From Alphaproteobacteria bacterium (GTDB lineage: Bacteria > Pseudomonadota > Alphaproteobacteria > UBA7985), in NCBI GenBank assembly GCA_965658725.1, contig CBFHUI010000002.1, positions 7,890 to 71,889 of the forward strand: a stretch of 64,000 bases of DNA. The letters are read 5' to 3'. Of the stretch, positions 44,305-53,838 are shown one piece after another. The notes beneath the pieces are model-generated. The model was not told the DNA's origin. It saw nothing but the letters and a program-made list of their open reading frames with translations, and made no database searches. The stretch's first letter is position 1. Each line of letters begins with the position of its first letter. A program made the position numbers and the translations under genes.

Positions 44305-45414
44305 ATGGCGCAGTCAGCGACCCCCCTTACCGACTCACTCAAGGCGCAGATCCGCGCAACCGGCCCGCTGACCGTGCCGGAGTTCATGACCCTCGCGCTT
44401 CAGCACCCCGAACACGGGTACTACACGCGCCAAGAAGCCATCGGCGCATCGGCTGACTTTGTGACGGCACCGGAAATATCGCAGGTGTTTGGTGAGCTGA
44501 TTGGGCTTTGGCTGGTGCAGCGGTGGATTGATCTGGGGCAACCTGGGCGGTTCCTGCTGGTGGAGTTGGGGCCGGGCAAAGGAACGCTCATGGCCGACGC
44601 CTTGCGCGCGGCGAGCGCCATGCCGACTTTCCTGCCCGCCATGGAACTGGTGTTGGTTGAGACCAACGAGACCTTGCGCGCCGCCCAGGCTGAAAAGCTC
44701 GCTGCCTATACCCCGCGCTGGCTGGACAGCTTCGGCGCGTTGGAGGCCGATGCGCCGCTGTTAGTTGTTGGCAACGAGTTCCTCGACGTTCTGCCTAGCG
44801 CGCAATTTGCTGTCGCTAAGGGGGCTTGGTTCGAACGGCTGGTGTCCATCGACGCGGAGAGCGGTGCGCTGAGTTTTGTGCTGGGACAGCCCAAAACCCC
44901 CGTTCTACCCCTGCTGCCTGAGCCGGTCGAAGGTCGGTTTCATGAGATCATGCCGTCGCTTCCCGGTTTCCTAAAAGACCTCTCAAGCGCTCTCAAGGCG
45001 CAGACCGGTGCCGCGCTGTTCATCGACTATGCCCACGAAGAAGACGCCTCTGCCTGGAGCCTGCAAGCCGTTCAGGCGCACGAAAAGGTAGACCCGCTGG
45101 AGGCTGTGGGCGAGGCGGATTTGACGACGCTGGTGGATTTCCGCGCCGCGAGCCGCTTTGCCAAAGAAGTCGGCCTGAGCGTGCCCGACCCGGTGTCCCA
45201 ACGAGACTTCCTGCTGGTACTTGGCGCGTGGCAGCGGTTTGAGATGCTGGCCGAAAGCGCCCCGGATGACGCCGCCGACCTGCTGCAAGCGTTGCAGCGA
45301 CTGGTGGGTAAGGCGCAGATGGGGACACGGTTCAAGGCGTGGACCTGCCACTTTCCAGAAACCCTTCCCGCGCCTGCGGGCTTCCCTACCAGCGGTGGTA
45401 CAGACCGTGGCTGA
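44305..45414 (+). CDS. class I SAM-dependent methyltransferase, MidA/NDUFAF7 (DUF185) family
   Basis: FVTAPEISQVFGELIG and LVELGPGKG motifs. Confidence 0.7.
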   Translation: MAQSATPLTDSLKAQIRATGPLTVPEFMTLALQHPEHGYYTRQEAIGASADFVTAPEISQVFGELIGLWLVQRWIDLGQPGRFLLVELGPGKGTLMADALRAASAMPTFLPAMELVLVETNETLRAAQAEKLAAYTPRWLDSFGALEADAPLLVVGNEFLDVLPSAQFAVAKGAWFERLVSIDAESGALSFVLGQPKTPVLPLLPEPVEGRFHEIMPSLPGFLKDLSSALKAQTGAALFIDYAHEEDASAWSLQAVQAHEKVDPLEAVGEADLTTLVDFRAASRFAKEVGLSVPDPVSQRDFLLVLGAWQRFEMLAESAPDDAADLLQALQRLVGKAQMGTRFKAWTCHFPETLPAPAGFPTSGGTDRG

Positions 45415-46195
45415 ACCCACCGCTCTGCCACCTTTCCTCACGGCGCCGACGCTGTCGCAGGTTGACGGACTGAGGCACGGCTACTTCAGCCGGCAAGGTG
45501 GGGTGAGCTGGGGGCGGTCTGATCTGAACTGTGGGCTGGGCGCTGACGATGATCCTACAGCGGTGCGCGAAAACCGCGACCGCGTGCGCCGCGCCATGGG
45601 AGCGCACAAGCTCGTATCGCTGTTTCAAGTGCACTCCGCTGACGTCGTCACCTTACGCGAAACCCCATCGTGGGAGCGGGGACCAAAGGCTGATGCGATG
45701 GTCACGGATGTGCGGGGTCTGGCGCTGGGTGCACTGTCTGCCGACTGCGGGGCATTGCTCGCCGTGGACCCGGAAGCAGGCGTGATCGCAAGCGCGCACT
45801 CTGGCTGGAAGGGTACAGCCCAGAACATCGCCCGCGCTACTTTCGTTGCCATGGAGGCCCTCGGCGCGCAGCGGGAGCGTATGGTGGTGGCCCTTGGTCC
45901 CATGATCCGTCAGGACAGCTACGAGGTCGGCCCGGACTTTCCTGCATTGTTCAAGGGCGCGGTCGCTGAACCGGAGCGCTTCTTCAAGCCCGCAACACGC
46001 CCCGGACACTTCATGGGCGACATCGCCGGGATCATTGCGGCGCAAGTTGCAGCCGAAGGGGTCGGGCGGTTCGAGGATATTGGCGGCGACACCTACAGCG
46101 ACGAAGCCCGATACTTCTCCGCCCGTCGCGGGGCGCACCGGGGTGAGCCAGACTATGGCCGTCTGATTTCATGCATCGCACTCTCCGACGCCTAG
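45395..46195 (+). CDS. pgeF: peptidoglycan editing factor PgeF (YfiH, polyphenol oxidase/laccase-domain)
   Basis: HGF..R.GG, SADC and HSGWKG motifs. GTG start overlapping the midA stop. Confidence 0.75.
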   Translation: MVQTVAEPTALPPFLTAPTLSQVDGLRHGYFSRQGGVSWGRSDLNCGLGADDDPTAVRENRDRVRRAMGAHKLVSLFQVHSADVVTLRETPSWERGPKADAMVTDVRGLALGALSADCGALLAVDPEAGVIASAHSGWKGTAQNIARATFVAMEALGAQRERMVVALGPMIRQDSYEVGPDFPALFKGAVAEPERFFKPATRPGHFMGDIAGIIAAQVAAEGVGRFEDIGGDTYSDEARYFSARRGAHRGEPDYGRLISCIALSDA

Positions 46196-47265
46196 CGCTG
46201 GCGTTCTCATGTGTGCTGCTGGGCAGCATCTCTCACGCGCAGACGGATGACGCAGCGCTGCACAGGCTTGCCGGGTCGATGATCCTGACTGGCTTCAGCG
46301 GCAATGACCCCTTCGATCCGGGCTTCATCCGGGTCCGGGACCAGCTGCAGCAGGGTCATATCGCTGGCGTACTGTTCTTTAAGCCTAATCTGACTGGTTC
46401 GGCGGGCACCGTTGCTACTGCCGCCGCGATGGCGGGTGTTCTTCGCCAAGCCAGTGGCGCCGGGAAACCGCCGCCGCTTCTCGCGGTGGATGAGGAAGGC
46501 GGTCGGGTGCAGCGGCTGCGCGATCCACGCATCGCCAGCGCCCGCGTTTTGGCTGGCATGGACTCTGCCGAGCAGCGCGCCGTCTTCGCTGGGCTGGCAC
46601 AGTCGGTTGCAGCAGCTGGGCTGACGCTCAACCTCGCACCCGTCGTGGATCTGCACGATCAACGCTCTCCCGCCATAGGCGCGCTGGGTCGGAGCTTTTC
46701 GGCGGACCCAGACCGGGTGGCCATACTGGCCGCTGCGATGGTTGAGGCCCACCGGGCGCAAGGGGTGGCTACGGCGCTCAAGCACTTTCCCGGCCATGGT
46801 CTCGCGCGGGCCGACAGCCACGCAGGCTTTGTCGACATCACCGACACGTGGCAGCCGGCTGAGCTCGAACCTTTCCTCGCCCTGATCCGCGCCGGACAAG
46901 CGGATATGATCATGACGGCTCACGTCTTTCATGCCGATTTTGACCGCCTGCACCCTGCGACCTTGTCACGGGCCGTGGTGACGGATTTGCTGCGCGGCAT
47001 GCTGGGGTTTGACGGGGTGGTGGTCTCGGATGATCTGACCATGCGCGCCATCGACGAGAGCTACAGCCTCGAAGACGCCGTTCTGCTGGCTGTCGATGCG
47101 GGCGTTGACCTGCTGCTCACGGGGAACTTTCAGCCCGATGCGGTCGATCAGGCCGAGCAGATGCGCATAATCCTCGTTGAAGCTGTGCAGTCTGGACGCC
47201 TGTCCCGTCAGCGGTTGCAGGAATCGCATGACCGCATCTTGGCTTTGCGGCAGAGGTTGCGTTGA
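46171..47265 (+). CDS. glycoside hydrolase family 3 beta-N-acetylhexosaminidase (NagZ-like) with signal peptide
   Basis: KHFPGHG motif and D...VVSDDL region. N-terminal signal-peptide-like MHRTLRRLALAFSCVLLGSISHA. Confidence 0.75.
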   Translation: MHRTLRRLALAFSCVLLGSISHAQTDDAALHRLAGSMILTGFSGNDPFDPGFIRVRDQLQQGHIAGVLFFKPNLTGSAGTVATAAAMAGVLRQASGAGKPPPLLAVDEEGGRVQRLRDPRIASARVLAGMDSAEQRAVFAGLAQSVAAAGLTLNLAPVVDLHDQRSPAIGALGRSFSADPDRVAILAAAMVEAHRAQGVATALKHFPGHGLARADSHAGFVDITDTWQPAELEPFLALIRAGQADMIMTAHVFHADFDRLHPATLSRAVVTDLLRGMLGFDGVVVSDDLTMRAIDESYSLEDAVLLAVDAGVDLLLTGNFQPDAVDQAEQMRIILVEAVQSGRLSRQRLQESHDRILALRQRLR

Positions 47266-47370
47266 CCCCGCGCCGCGAACTGAGCTAAACCACCGCCATC
47301 AAACACTTTCTTGGTGCCAGATGTCGCCGCCGTGTCGGGGGCGAGCATTCTCGGAGCCGGAGCACAGACT

Positions 47371-48312
47371 ATGCGCATCTTGAGCTGCAACGCCAACCGT
47401 CCGTTGGCGGAAGCAATTTCGCACTATCTTGACGTCCGACTGACGCAAGCCGAAGTGCGCCGCTTCAACGACAAGGAAATCTACGTCGAAATCCAGGAGA
47501 ATGTCCGGGGCGAAGACGTGTTCCTGATCCAGCCCACCAGCTACCCTGCGAACGACCACCTGATGGAACTGTTGGTTGCCATCGATGCCTTGCGTCGCGG
47601 CTCGGCGGGGCGGATTACGGCGGTGATCCCTTATTACGGCTATGCCCGGCAGGACCGCAAAAGCTCCCCGCGCTCCCCGATTTCTGCGCGCTTGGTTGCC
47701 AACCTGATCGAGACCGCTGGCGCGGACCGTGTGCTGACCATGGACCTGCACGCCGGCCAGATTCAGGGCTTCTTTGACATTCCTACGGATAACCTCTTTG
47801 CCGCGCCCATGTTTGCGCAGGAAATCCGCCGCGTGCACCGCGATGATTGCTCCAACGTCATGATCGTCTCTCCCGACGTCGGCGGCGTTGTTCGAGCGCG
47901 CGCGGTTGCCAAGGCGATCGAAGTTGACCTCGCCATTATCGACAAGCGCCGTCCGAAAGCCGGTGTTGCCGAGGTGATGAACGTCATTGGTGAAGTCGAT
48001 GGCAAGCACTGTGTGCTGATCGATGACATCGTGGATACCGCCGGAACGCTGTGCAAAGCCGCAGACGCTCTGGTGAAGAACGGCGCTCTGTCCGTTTCTG
48101 CCTACGCCACGCACGGCGTGCTTTCTGGCCCTGCGGTTTCGAACATCGAAGCGTCAGCGATCAGCGAAGTCGTCGTCACGGACTCCATCCAGCCGTCTGA
48201 AGCGGTCGTTGCTTGCGAGAAAATTCGCGCCATGACAACGGCAGAGCTGCTTGGTGAAGCCATCCGCCGCGTATCGAACGAAGAGTCGGTCTCGACCCTC
48301 TTCAACATGTAG
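47371..48312 (+). CDS. prs: ribose-phosphate pyrophosphokinase
   Basis: PRPP binding loop DIVDTAGT and a flexible-loop region. Confidence 0.9.
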   Translation: MRILSCNANRPLAEAISHYLDVRLTQAEVRRFNDKEIYVEIQENVRGEDVFLIQPTSYPANDHLMELLVAIDALRRGSAGRITAVIPYYGYARQDRKSSPRSPISARLVANLIETAGADRVLTMDLHAGQIQGFFDIPTDNLFAAPMFAQEIRRVHRDDCSNVMIVSPDVGGVVRARAVAKAIEVDLAIIDKRRPKAGVAEVMNVIGEVDGKHCVLIDDIVDTAGTLCKAADALVKNGALSVSAYATHGVLSGPAVSNIEASAISEVVVTDSIQPSEAVVACEKIRAMTTAELLGEAIRRVSNEESVSTLFNM

Positions 48313-48387
48313 GGACAGTCGCGAGCCCGCTCGCGCACCGATCCTGTTCCGATTGATTTTGAATTCTGTTTTCTAAGGAGACTCCCT

Positions 48388-49017
48388 ATGGACATCGCAA
48401 TGACCATTCCCGCCCAAGCCAAGTCCGGTGCCGGCAAGACCGCTGCGAAAGCAGCCCGTTACGCAGGCCTCGTTCCTGCCGTGATCTACGGTGGCAAGGC
48501 TGACCCTGAAATGGTTGCCATCGACCCGCGCCCCATCTGGAAGGGCCTGAACGAGCGTGGCTTTTTCGCCAAGGTGATCGCGCTGGAAGTGGACGGCAAG
48601 ACCATCAACGTTCTGCCCCGTGACATCCAGTTTGACCGCGTGACCGACCAGCCGATTCACCTGGACTTCATGCGCGTTGACAGCGACACGGTTGTCAAAG
48701 TGAAGATCCCTGTAGACTTCGTGAACGAAATGGAATCCCCGGGCCTGAAGCGCGGCGCGGTGCTGAACGTTGTTCGTCACTCCGTTGAAGTGCGCTGCAA
48801 GGCGGGTGAGATCCCCACCAAGTTCGACGCTGACCTCACCGGCCTGAACATCAACGACGCTGTGAAGTACTCCATGGTGCAGGTCTCCGGTAACGTGACC
48901 CCGACCATCGTGGGCCGTGACTTCGTCATCGCGACGGTAACCGCACCATCTGCTCTGAAGCGTCAGATGATGGACGCAGCAGCTGCGGCAGCGGGCGAGG
49001 AAGCGGAAGCCGAGTAA
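48388..49017 (+). CDS. rplY: 50S ribosomal protein L25/general stress protein Ctc
   Basis: Two-domain Ctc form with an acidic tail. SD AAGGAG. Confidence 0.85.
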   Translation: MDIAMTIPAQAKSGAGKTAAKAARYAGLVPAVIYGGKADPEMVAIDPRPIWKGLNERGFFAKVIALEVDGKTINVLPRDIQFDRVTDQPIHLDFMRVDSDTVVKVKIPVDFVNEMESPGLKRGAVLNVVRHSVEVRCKAGEIPTKFDADLTGLNINDAVKYSMVQVSGNVTPTIVGRDFVIATVTAPSALKRQMMDAAAAAAGEEAEAE

Positions 49018-49056
49018 GGCGACGCGCCAGAGCTTCGTCGGCAAAGGGCTTAGCGC

Positions 49057-49791
49057 ATGCAAGTGCTGGTTGGACTGGGCAATCCTGGACGGCAGTACGA
49101 GGGCCATCGCCACAACGTTGGTTTCATGGCCCTCGACCTCATTGCGGCGCGATACAACGCGCCCAAGTGGAAGGAGCGTGCCAACGCCCTTGTCTCCGAA
49201 GCTCGGATCGGTGGCGAGAAAGTCGTGCTGGTCAAGCCTCAGAGCTTCATGAACCGGTCGGGACAGCCCTTGCGGCACGTCCTCGACTTCTGGAAGCTCA
49301 AGGCGGACAGTGTGACGGTTTTTTACGACGAGCTCGACCTCGCGCCCTGCAAAGTGCGGATCAAGCGGGGCGGTGGCACGGGGGGGCACAACGGCATTAA
49401 GTCGCTGGACGCTCATATCGGCCAGAACTACCGGCGCGTGCGGATCGGCATCGGCCACCCCGGTCACAAGGACCGTGTCGCAGGCTACGTCCTACACGAC
49501 TTTGGCAAGGAAGACCGGGCGCGGCTGGATGTGCTGCTCTCGGCCATGGCGGATCATCTGCCGCGCTTGCTGGAGGACGACGAGTCCGGGTTCATGAGCC
49601 TGTCTATGCAGGCTGTTAACCCGGATCAGAAACGGCGCAGCGACCCCGCGCCCGGACCCAAGGCAGCGGCCAGCGGCAACCCCGCCGCCGCCAAGCCTTC
49701 GATCATCGGCAAAGGACCGCCCACCGCCATGGGCGCCGCGCTGTCACGGTTGCTCAACCGCGGCGCCAAGAAAGATACGGACAAGGACTAA
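49057..49791 (+). CDS. pth: peptidyl-tRNA hydrolase
   Basis: GLGNPG and HNGIKS motifs, plus a ~55-aa C-terminal extension. Confidence 0.9.
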   Translation: MQVLVGLGNPGRQYEGHRHNVGFMALDLIAARYNAPKWKERANALVSEARIGGEKVVLVKPQSFMNRSGQPLRHVLDFWKLKADSVTVFYDELDLAPCKVRIKRGGGTGGHNGIKSLDAHIGQNYRRVRIGIGHPGHKDRVAGYVLHDFGKEDRARLDVLLSAMADHLPRLLEDDESGFMSLSMQAVNPDQKRRSDPAPGPKAAASGNPAAAKPSIIGKGPPTAMGAALSRLLNRGAKKDTDKD

Positions 49792-49797
49792 AGCACC

Positions 49798-50895
49798 ATG
49801 GGATTCAACTGCGGTATCGTTGGCCTGCCCAACGTTGGCAAATCCACGCTGTTCAACGCGCTGACCGAGACGGCAGCCGCGGAAGCAGCGAACTATCCCT
49901 TCTGCACCATTGAGCCGAATACGGGCCGTGTTGCGGTGCCAGATCCTCGACTCGACCTGATTGCGGAGATCGCGCAGAGCGCCAAGGTTCTGCCCACACA
50001 GCTGGAAATCGTCGACATCGCCGGTTTGGTGCGTGGTGCGTCCAAGGGCGAAGGGCTGGGCAACCAGTTCCTCGCCAACATCCGCGAGACCGACGCCATC
50101 CTGCACGTCCTGCGCTGCTTTGACGGCGAAGTGACCCACGTTGACGGGTCCGTTGACCCCGTGCGGGATGCTGAAACAGTCACCACTGAACTGATGATCG
50201 CCGACCTTGATGCTGTCGAAAAGCGGATGGCGAAGGAGAGCAAGCGCGCGCAGGGCGGCGACAAGGAAGCACGCCTGCTGATGGCGGTGCTTGAACCGCT
50301 AGCCGCTGCTCTCACTGAGGGTAAGCCCGCGCGCACCGTGGAGTTTGCCCCCGAGGACATGCGCATTGTCCGGCAGTTGCAGCTGCTGACCTCTAAGCCC
50401 GTGCTTTACGTCTGCAACGTCGGCGAGGAAGATGCGGCAGAGGGCAACCACCACTCTCGCGCCGTCGAAGAAATGGCCGCCCGCGAAGGGGCCAGCTCGA
50501 TCCTGATTTCTGCCGCCATCGAAGCCGAAATCGCGGCCTTGCCGACTGAAGAAGACAAGCGCGAGTTCCTGGAGACGTTGGGACTGGAAGAAACCGGCCT
50601 GGCGCGGCTGATCCGTCGGGGGTATGGCCTTCTCGACCTGCTGACGTTCTTCACCGCCGGCCCAAAAGAAGCCCGCGCGTGGACCGTCCGCACCGGCTCA
50701 ACAGCCCCGCAAGCCGCGGGCGCGATCCACACCGACTTTGAGCGCGGCTTCATCCGTGCTGAAACCATTGCCTACGACGATTATATCGCCAGTGGCGGAG
50801 AAGCCGGGGCCAAAGACGCGGGGAAACTGCGGGTTGAAGGCAAGGACTACGTCACAAAAGACGGCGACATCTACCACTTCCGCTTCAACGTTTAG
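49798..50895 (+). CDS. ychF: redox-regulated ATPase YchF
   Basis: [10 protein letters not shown]-loop and a TGS domain. Confidence 0.9.
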   Translation: MGFNCGIVGLPNVGKSTLFNALTETAAAEAANYPFCTIEPNTGRVAVPDPRLDLIAEIAQSAKVLPTQLEIVDIAGLVRGASKGEGLGNQFLANIRETDAILHVLRCFDGEVTHVDGSVDPVRDAETVTTELMIADLDAVEKRMAKESKRAQGGDKEARLLMAVLEPLAAALTEGKPARTVEFAPEDMRIVRQLQLLTSKPVLYVCNVGEEDAAEGNHHSRAVEEMAAREGASSILISAAIEAEIAALPTEEDKREFLETLGLEETGLARLIRRGYGLLDLLTFFTAGPKEARAWTVRTGSTAPQAAGAIHTDFERGFIRAETIAYDDYIASGGEAGAKDAGKLRVEGKDYVTKDGDIYHFRFNV

Positions 50896-50926
50896 GGCTG
50901 CAGCGGCACATGCGATTGCGCCCGGC

Positions 50927-51328
50927 TTAGTCGAGCCGGGACAGCGTGCCGGACCGGCACTGCCCCAGAAAACACGCTTTGAAACTCAGTGAGTTGTCGT
51001 TCATCGGTTCCACGGTTGTACGGAGTGCTGGAAGACGCCCGGTCGGCATCTTGAGATTGCCGATGTAGGAGCCGTCTGCTTGCACCTTGAGCCCGCGTAA
51101 GAGTTCGCTGTTGAGCACGCGGCCCGGGTCGATGTCTGGGCCCACGACGGCGGCGATCTTGGCGCACAGGGCGCTGTCTTCCTCGCAGTTGTAGACCTCT
51201 AGCACCGCCTGCATGCCCTCCAACGGATCATCCATCCGCCAAAACCCCTCCAGCCCAGTCGCATGCGCGGCTGGCGCGGCGCGGAGAAAAAGAGCAGCGA
51301 CGAGGAGGAGCGGGAGTAAATGGCGCAT
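50927..51328 (-). CDS. small secreted 4-Cys protein (DUF2147-like), paralog 1
   Basis: Signal peptide; conserved C..LCA and CFL..C motifs shared with paralog 2. Confidence 0.6.
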   Translation of the reverse strand: MRHLLPLLLVAALFLRAAPAAHATGLEGFWRMDDPLEGMQAVLEVYNCEEDSALCAKIAAVVGPDIDPGRVLNSELLRGLKVQADGSYIGNLKMPTGRLPALRTTVEPMNDNSLSFKACFLGQCRSGTLSRLD

Positions 51329-51378
51329 AGTTTGTAGGTTCCGCAGATTATCGGACTGTTAAATCAGCAGAATCCAGA

Positions 51379-51415
51379 AAGCAAAAACCGGGCCTTTGTG
51401 GTCAAAGGCCCGGTT
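51379..51415 (-). terminator. intrinsic terminator after paralog 2
   Basis: ccgggccttt-gaccac-aaaggcccgg followed by TTTTTGC on the minus strand. Confidence 0.55.
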
Positions 51416-51466
51416 GAGGTGTCGGCTGGGGAGGGAGACGCGCGCGGCGTCTCGTGCGTGCCGCGG

Positions 51467-51850
51467 CTACAGCTTCGTCATTGTGCCTTTGCAGACAGGA
51501 AGGAAACACGAGCTGTAGGAAATGGTGCGGTCATCGACGATTTTAATCGTGACGTTGGAGTCGCCCACGAAGCTGACCGGCGGGTTGATGATGCCTTTGA
51601 AGGAGCCATTGCGCTGTTGCTGAACGTTGCGGATCAGCAGGTAGTTCTGCTGCCCGGCAGCGAGTTCGCCCTGATAGGCTTTGACGATCCGGGCGCAGAG
51701 GCCGTTGCCGTCTTCGCAATCGTACATCTGGACCACGGCCTGAACGCCGTCCCAGGCCTTGTTGTCTAGCCAGAGGCCCCGCATTTCGAGGGCCGATGCA
51801 GACGTCAGAGACGCCAATGAAGCGATGATGGAGATGAGAAAGGCGCGCAT
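51467..51850 (-). CDS. small secreted 4-Cys protein (DUF2147-like), paralog 2
   Basis: Signal peptide; same Cys pattern as paralog 1. Confidence 0.6.
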   Translation of the reverse strand: MRAFLISIIASLASLTSASALEMRGLWLDNKAWDGVQAVVQMYDCEDGNGLCARIVKAYQGELAAGQQNYLLIRNVQQQRNGSFKGIINPPVSFVGDSNVTIKIVDDRTISYSSCFLPVCKGTMTKL

Positions 51851-51933
51851 GATATCCTCGCGTTAGAACTGCCCCCGCTGGGACAAGATCTAGGGCGCGC
51901 CACGCCTGCGACAATAGGGCCGATCTCGGGGAT

Positions 51934-52809
51934 TTAGCTCCCGTCGGAGAAAACCATGAACACGCCGCTGGCATTCCACGGGTCCACGATGTAGCCGCGA
52001 TAGCCAGCTTTGGCGGTGCGGTAGTCGAGGCCGGACTGGGCGAGGAACTGCCCCGTCTGGTTCAGATCGGCGACTTGGTAGACGATGGCCTCGGCCGCTT
52101 CCGTGCCGCCATACATCTGCTGCCAGTCTTCCTCCGTGTAGAACTCCAGATCCGCCCCAATCGGACCGTTGCCAGAGCCACCAAAGGCTCCGGAAATCAG
52201 CGCCTCATAGCCCGTGCCGAGGTTCTGGTCCTTGGGCATCATGATCTGAACCGCGCGAATGCCTACCGCGCCGTTGGCGTGGTCAAGGAAGCGTGGTGCC
52301 CAGACGGCTTCTGGGTTCAGATGCTCGCAGACGAACAGCGGAACCGGGCTAAATGGCCCGCGCTGGGGACGAACAAGCTTGAAGGATGCACGTTGCGCCA
52401 TGCCGGCGACCACTTGCACGTCGCGGTGCAGTGATTCGATGCCGAAGTGCTGGATCCCCTGCTGCTCAAAAGCCGCAGTAGCAAGCTCCGCCCGGCCCTT
52501 GAGTGCCAGTGAAAGCAGGCCCTCACCCTGATCTTCGAGGTGCTCGGCCAGTCCGTTGGTGCCAACGTTAGGGTCACGCACGCCAAGTATTTCGACGTAG
52601 TCGCCCTGACCGTCCAGCCCGCGTAGCATGATGCAGGTGTTTGCTGTGCCCCATCCGACGTGTGGGGTGATTTCTGTGGTGGTGAAGCCCAGCGTGTGCG
52701 CGCGCGCATGCTCGCTGTCGAGGTCCTGAACCGCGATGATGACGTGGTCCAGTCCGGTGATTGCCGCGTCTTCAGCAACGGCGGGGGTGTCGTTAGTCAC
52801 GGAAAACAT
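51934..52809 (-). CDS. two-domain VOC (glyoxalase/dioxygenase) family protein
   Basis: Duplicated beta-alpha-beta-beta-beta modules with H/E metal ligands. Confidence 0.55.
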   Translation of the reverse strand: MFSVTNDTPAVAEDAAITGLDHVIIAVQDLDSEHARAHTLGFTTTEITPHVGWGTANTCIMLRGLDGQGDYVEILGVRDPNVGTNGLAEHLEDQGEGLLSLALKGRAELATAAFEQQGIQHFGIESLHRDVQVVAGMAQRASFKLVRPQRGPFSPVPLFVCEHLNPEAVWAPRFLDHANGAVGIRAVQIMMPKDQNLGTGYEALISGAFGGSGNGPIGADLEFYTEEDWQQMYGGTEAAEAIVYQVADLNQTGQFLAQSGLDYRTAKAGYRGYIVDPWNASGVFMVFSDGS

Positions 52810-52907
52810 GCAGCTTTTCTTTCGCAGTCCCACGGATGGCTTTCAGGCGGCACCTTAGAGCAAACTGCGCGAAAATAAAAAGGCCAGAACCCAATGACTT
52901 GGGGACA

Positions 52908-52941
52908 ACAAAAAAGGCCACAGGGGTGCTGTGGCCTTTTT
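52908..52941 (-). terminator. intrinsic (bidirectional) terminator after petC
   Basis: A-tract, ggccacag-gggtg-ctgtggcc, T-tract. Confidence 0.6.
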
Positions 52942-52965
52942 CACGTTCATGTGTTGCAAAGCGCT

Positions 52966-53763
52966 CTAGTGCTCTGGATCCGGGCCGCCTTCGGCTTCCA
53001 GCTTCGCGTAGACCTTGGCGGCCACAACGCGGTAGGCGAGGAAGGAAATGATCGTCAGGGCCAGCATGTAGAGCACGACGATAATGCCCCACTGGTGACG
53101 GTCTTCGAGGAACGGGTCGGCGGTCCAGTTCAGGAAAGCCGTCACGTCGCGCGCCTGCTGCTCCAGCGTGGGCACGGTGCCGTCGGGGTATTCAAAGTCG
53201 GACATGTCTGCCGGCCATGGGTTCGGCATTTTGATGACCTTCATGACCTTGTTGTAGTAAGCGCCCTCTGGCTGCTCATGGGCGTCGTCGTAGCCCGTCA
53301 GCAGCGCGTAGATGTAGTCAGAGCCACCCACCCGCGCACGCGCCATGGTGGAAAGGTCTGGTGGCGCCTTGCCGTAGGTCGCGGTTGCCCGCTTTGGGTT
53401 TTCCAGCGCCCAAGGGAAGGTATCGTTCAGCGTCCCCGGCCGGGTGTCGGCGTCACCATCGTCGTTGATGTAGGGAATCTCGTAGTTCGATGCGAGGTTC
53501 TTCGCCACGTCCTCGCTCACGTCCATCCCAGTCAGCGAGCCAAAGCGAACGAGGCCCAGCGAGTGACAGGACTGGCAGCGCGTCTGGTAGACATAGAGAC
53601 CGCGCTGGAGCTGAAGCTCATCGTAGTGACCCAGCGGACCGGTGAAGGTCCAGGATTGAGAGTCCACCGGACCGGCGGATTCAGCGGAGGCAGGGGCAGC
53701 AGCGGCAACGGCCGTAACGGCGGCAGCGGCGCTGAGTGTTTTCAAGAGTGTTCCGAAACGCAT
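52966..53763 (-). CDS. petC: cytochrome c1
   Basis: CQSCH heme site, C-terminal TM anchor and a signal peptide. Confidence 0.85.
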   Translation of the reverse strand: MRFGTLLKTLSAAAAVTAVAAAAPASAESAGPVDSQSWTFTGPLGHYDELQLQRGLYVYQTRCQSCHSLGLVRFGSLTGMDVSEDVAKNLASNYEIPYINDDGDADTRPGTLNDTFPWALENPKRATATYGKAPPDLSTMARARVGGSDYIYALLTGYDDAHEQPEGAYYNKVMKVIKMPNPWPADMSDFEYPDGTVPTLEQQARDVTAFLNWTADPFLEDRHQWGIIVVLYMLALTIISFLAYRVVAAKVYAKLEAEGGPDPEH

Positions 53764-53838
53764 GAAGGATGCTTTCTTTAAAGAGGTCTGTCTGCGGCGG
53801 ACCGGAGAGGGCGGGTCGGCCCCCTCCGTTGGAAGCGG

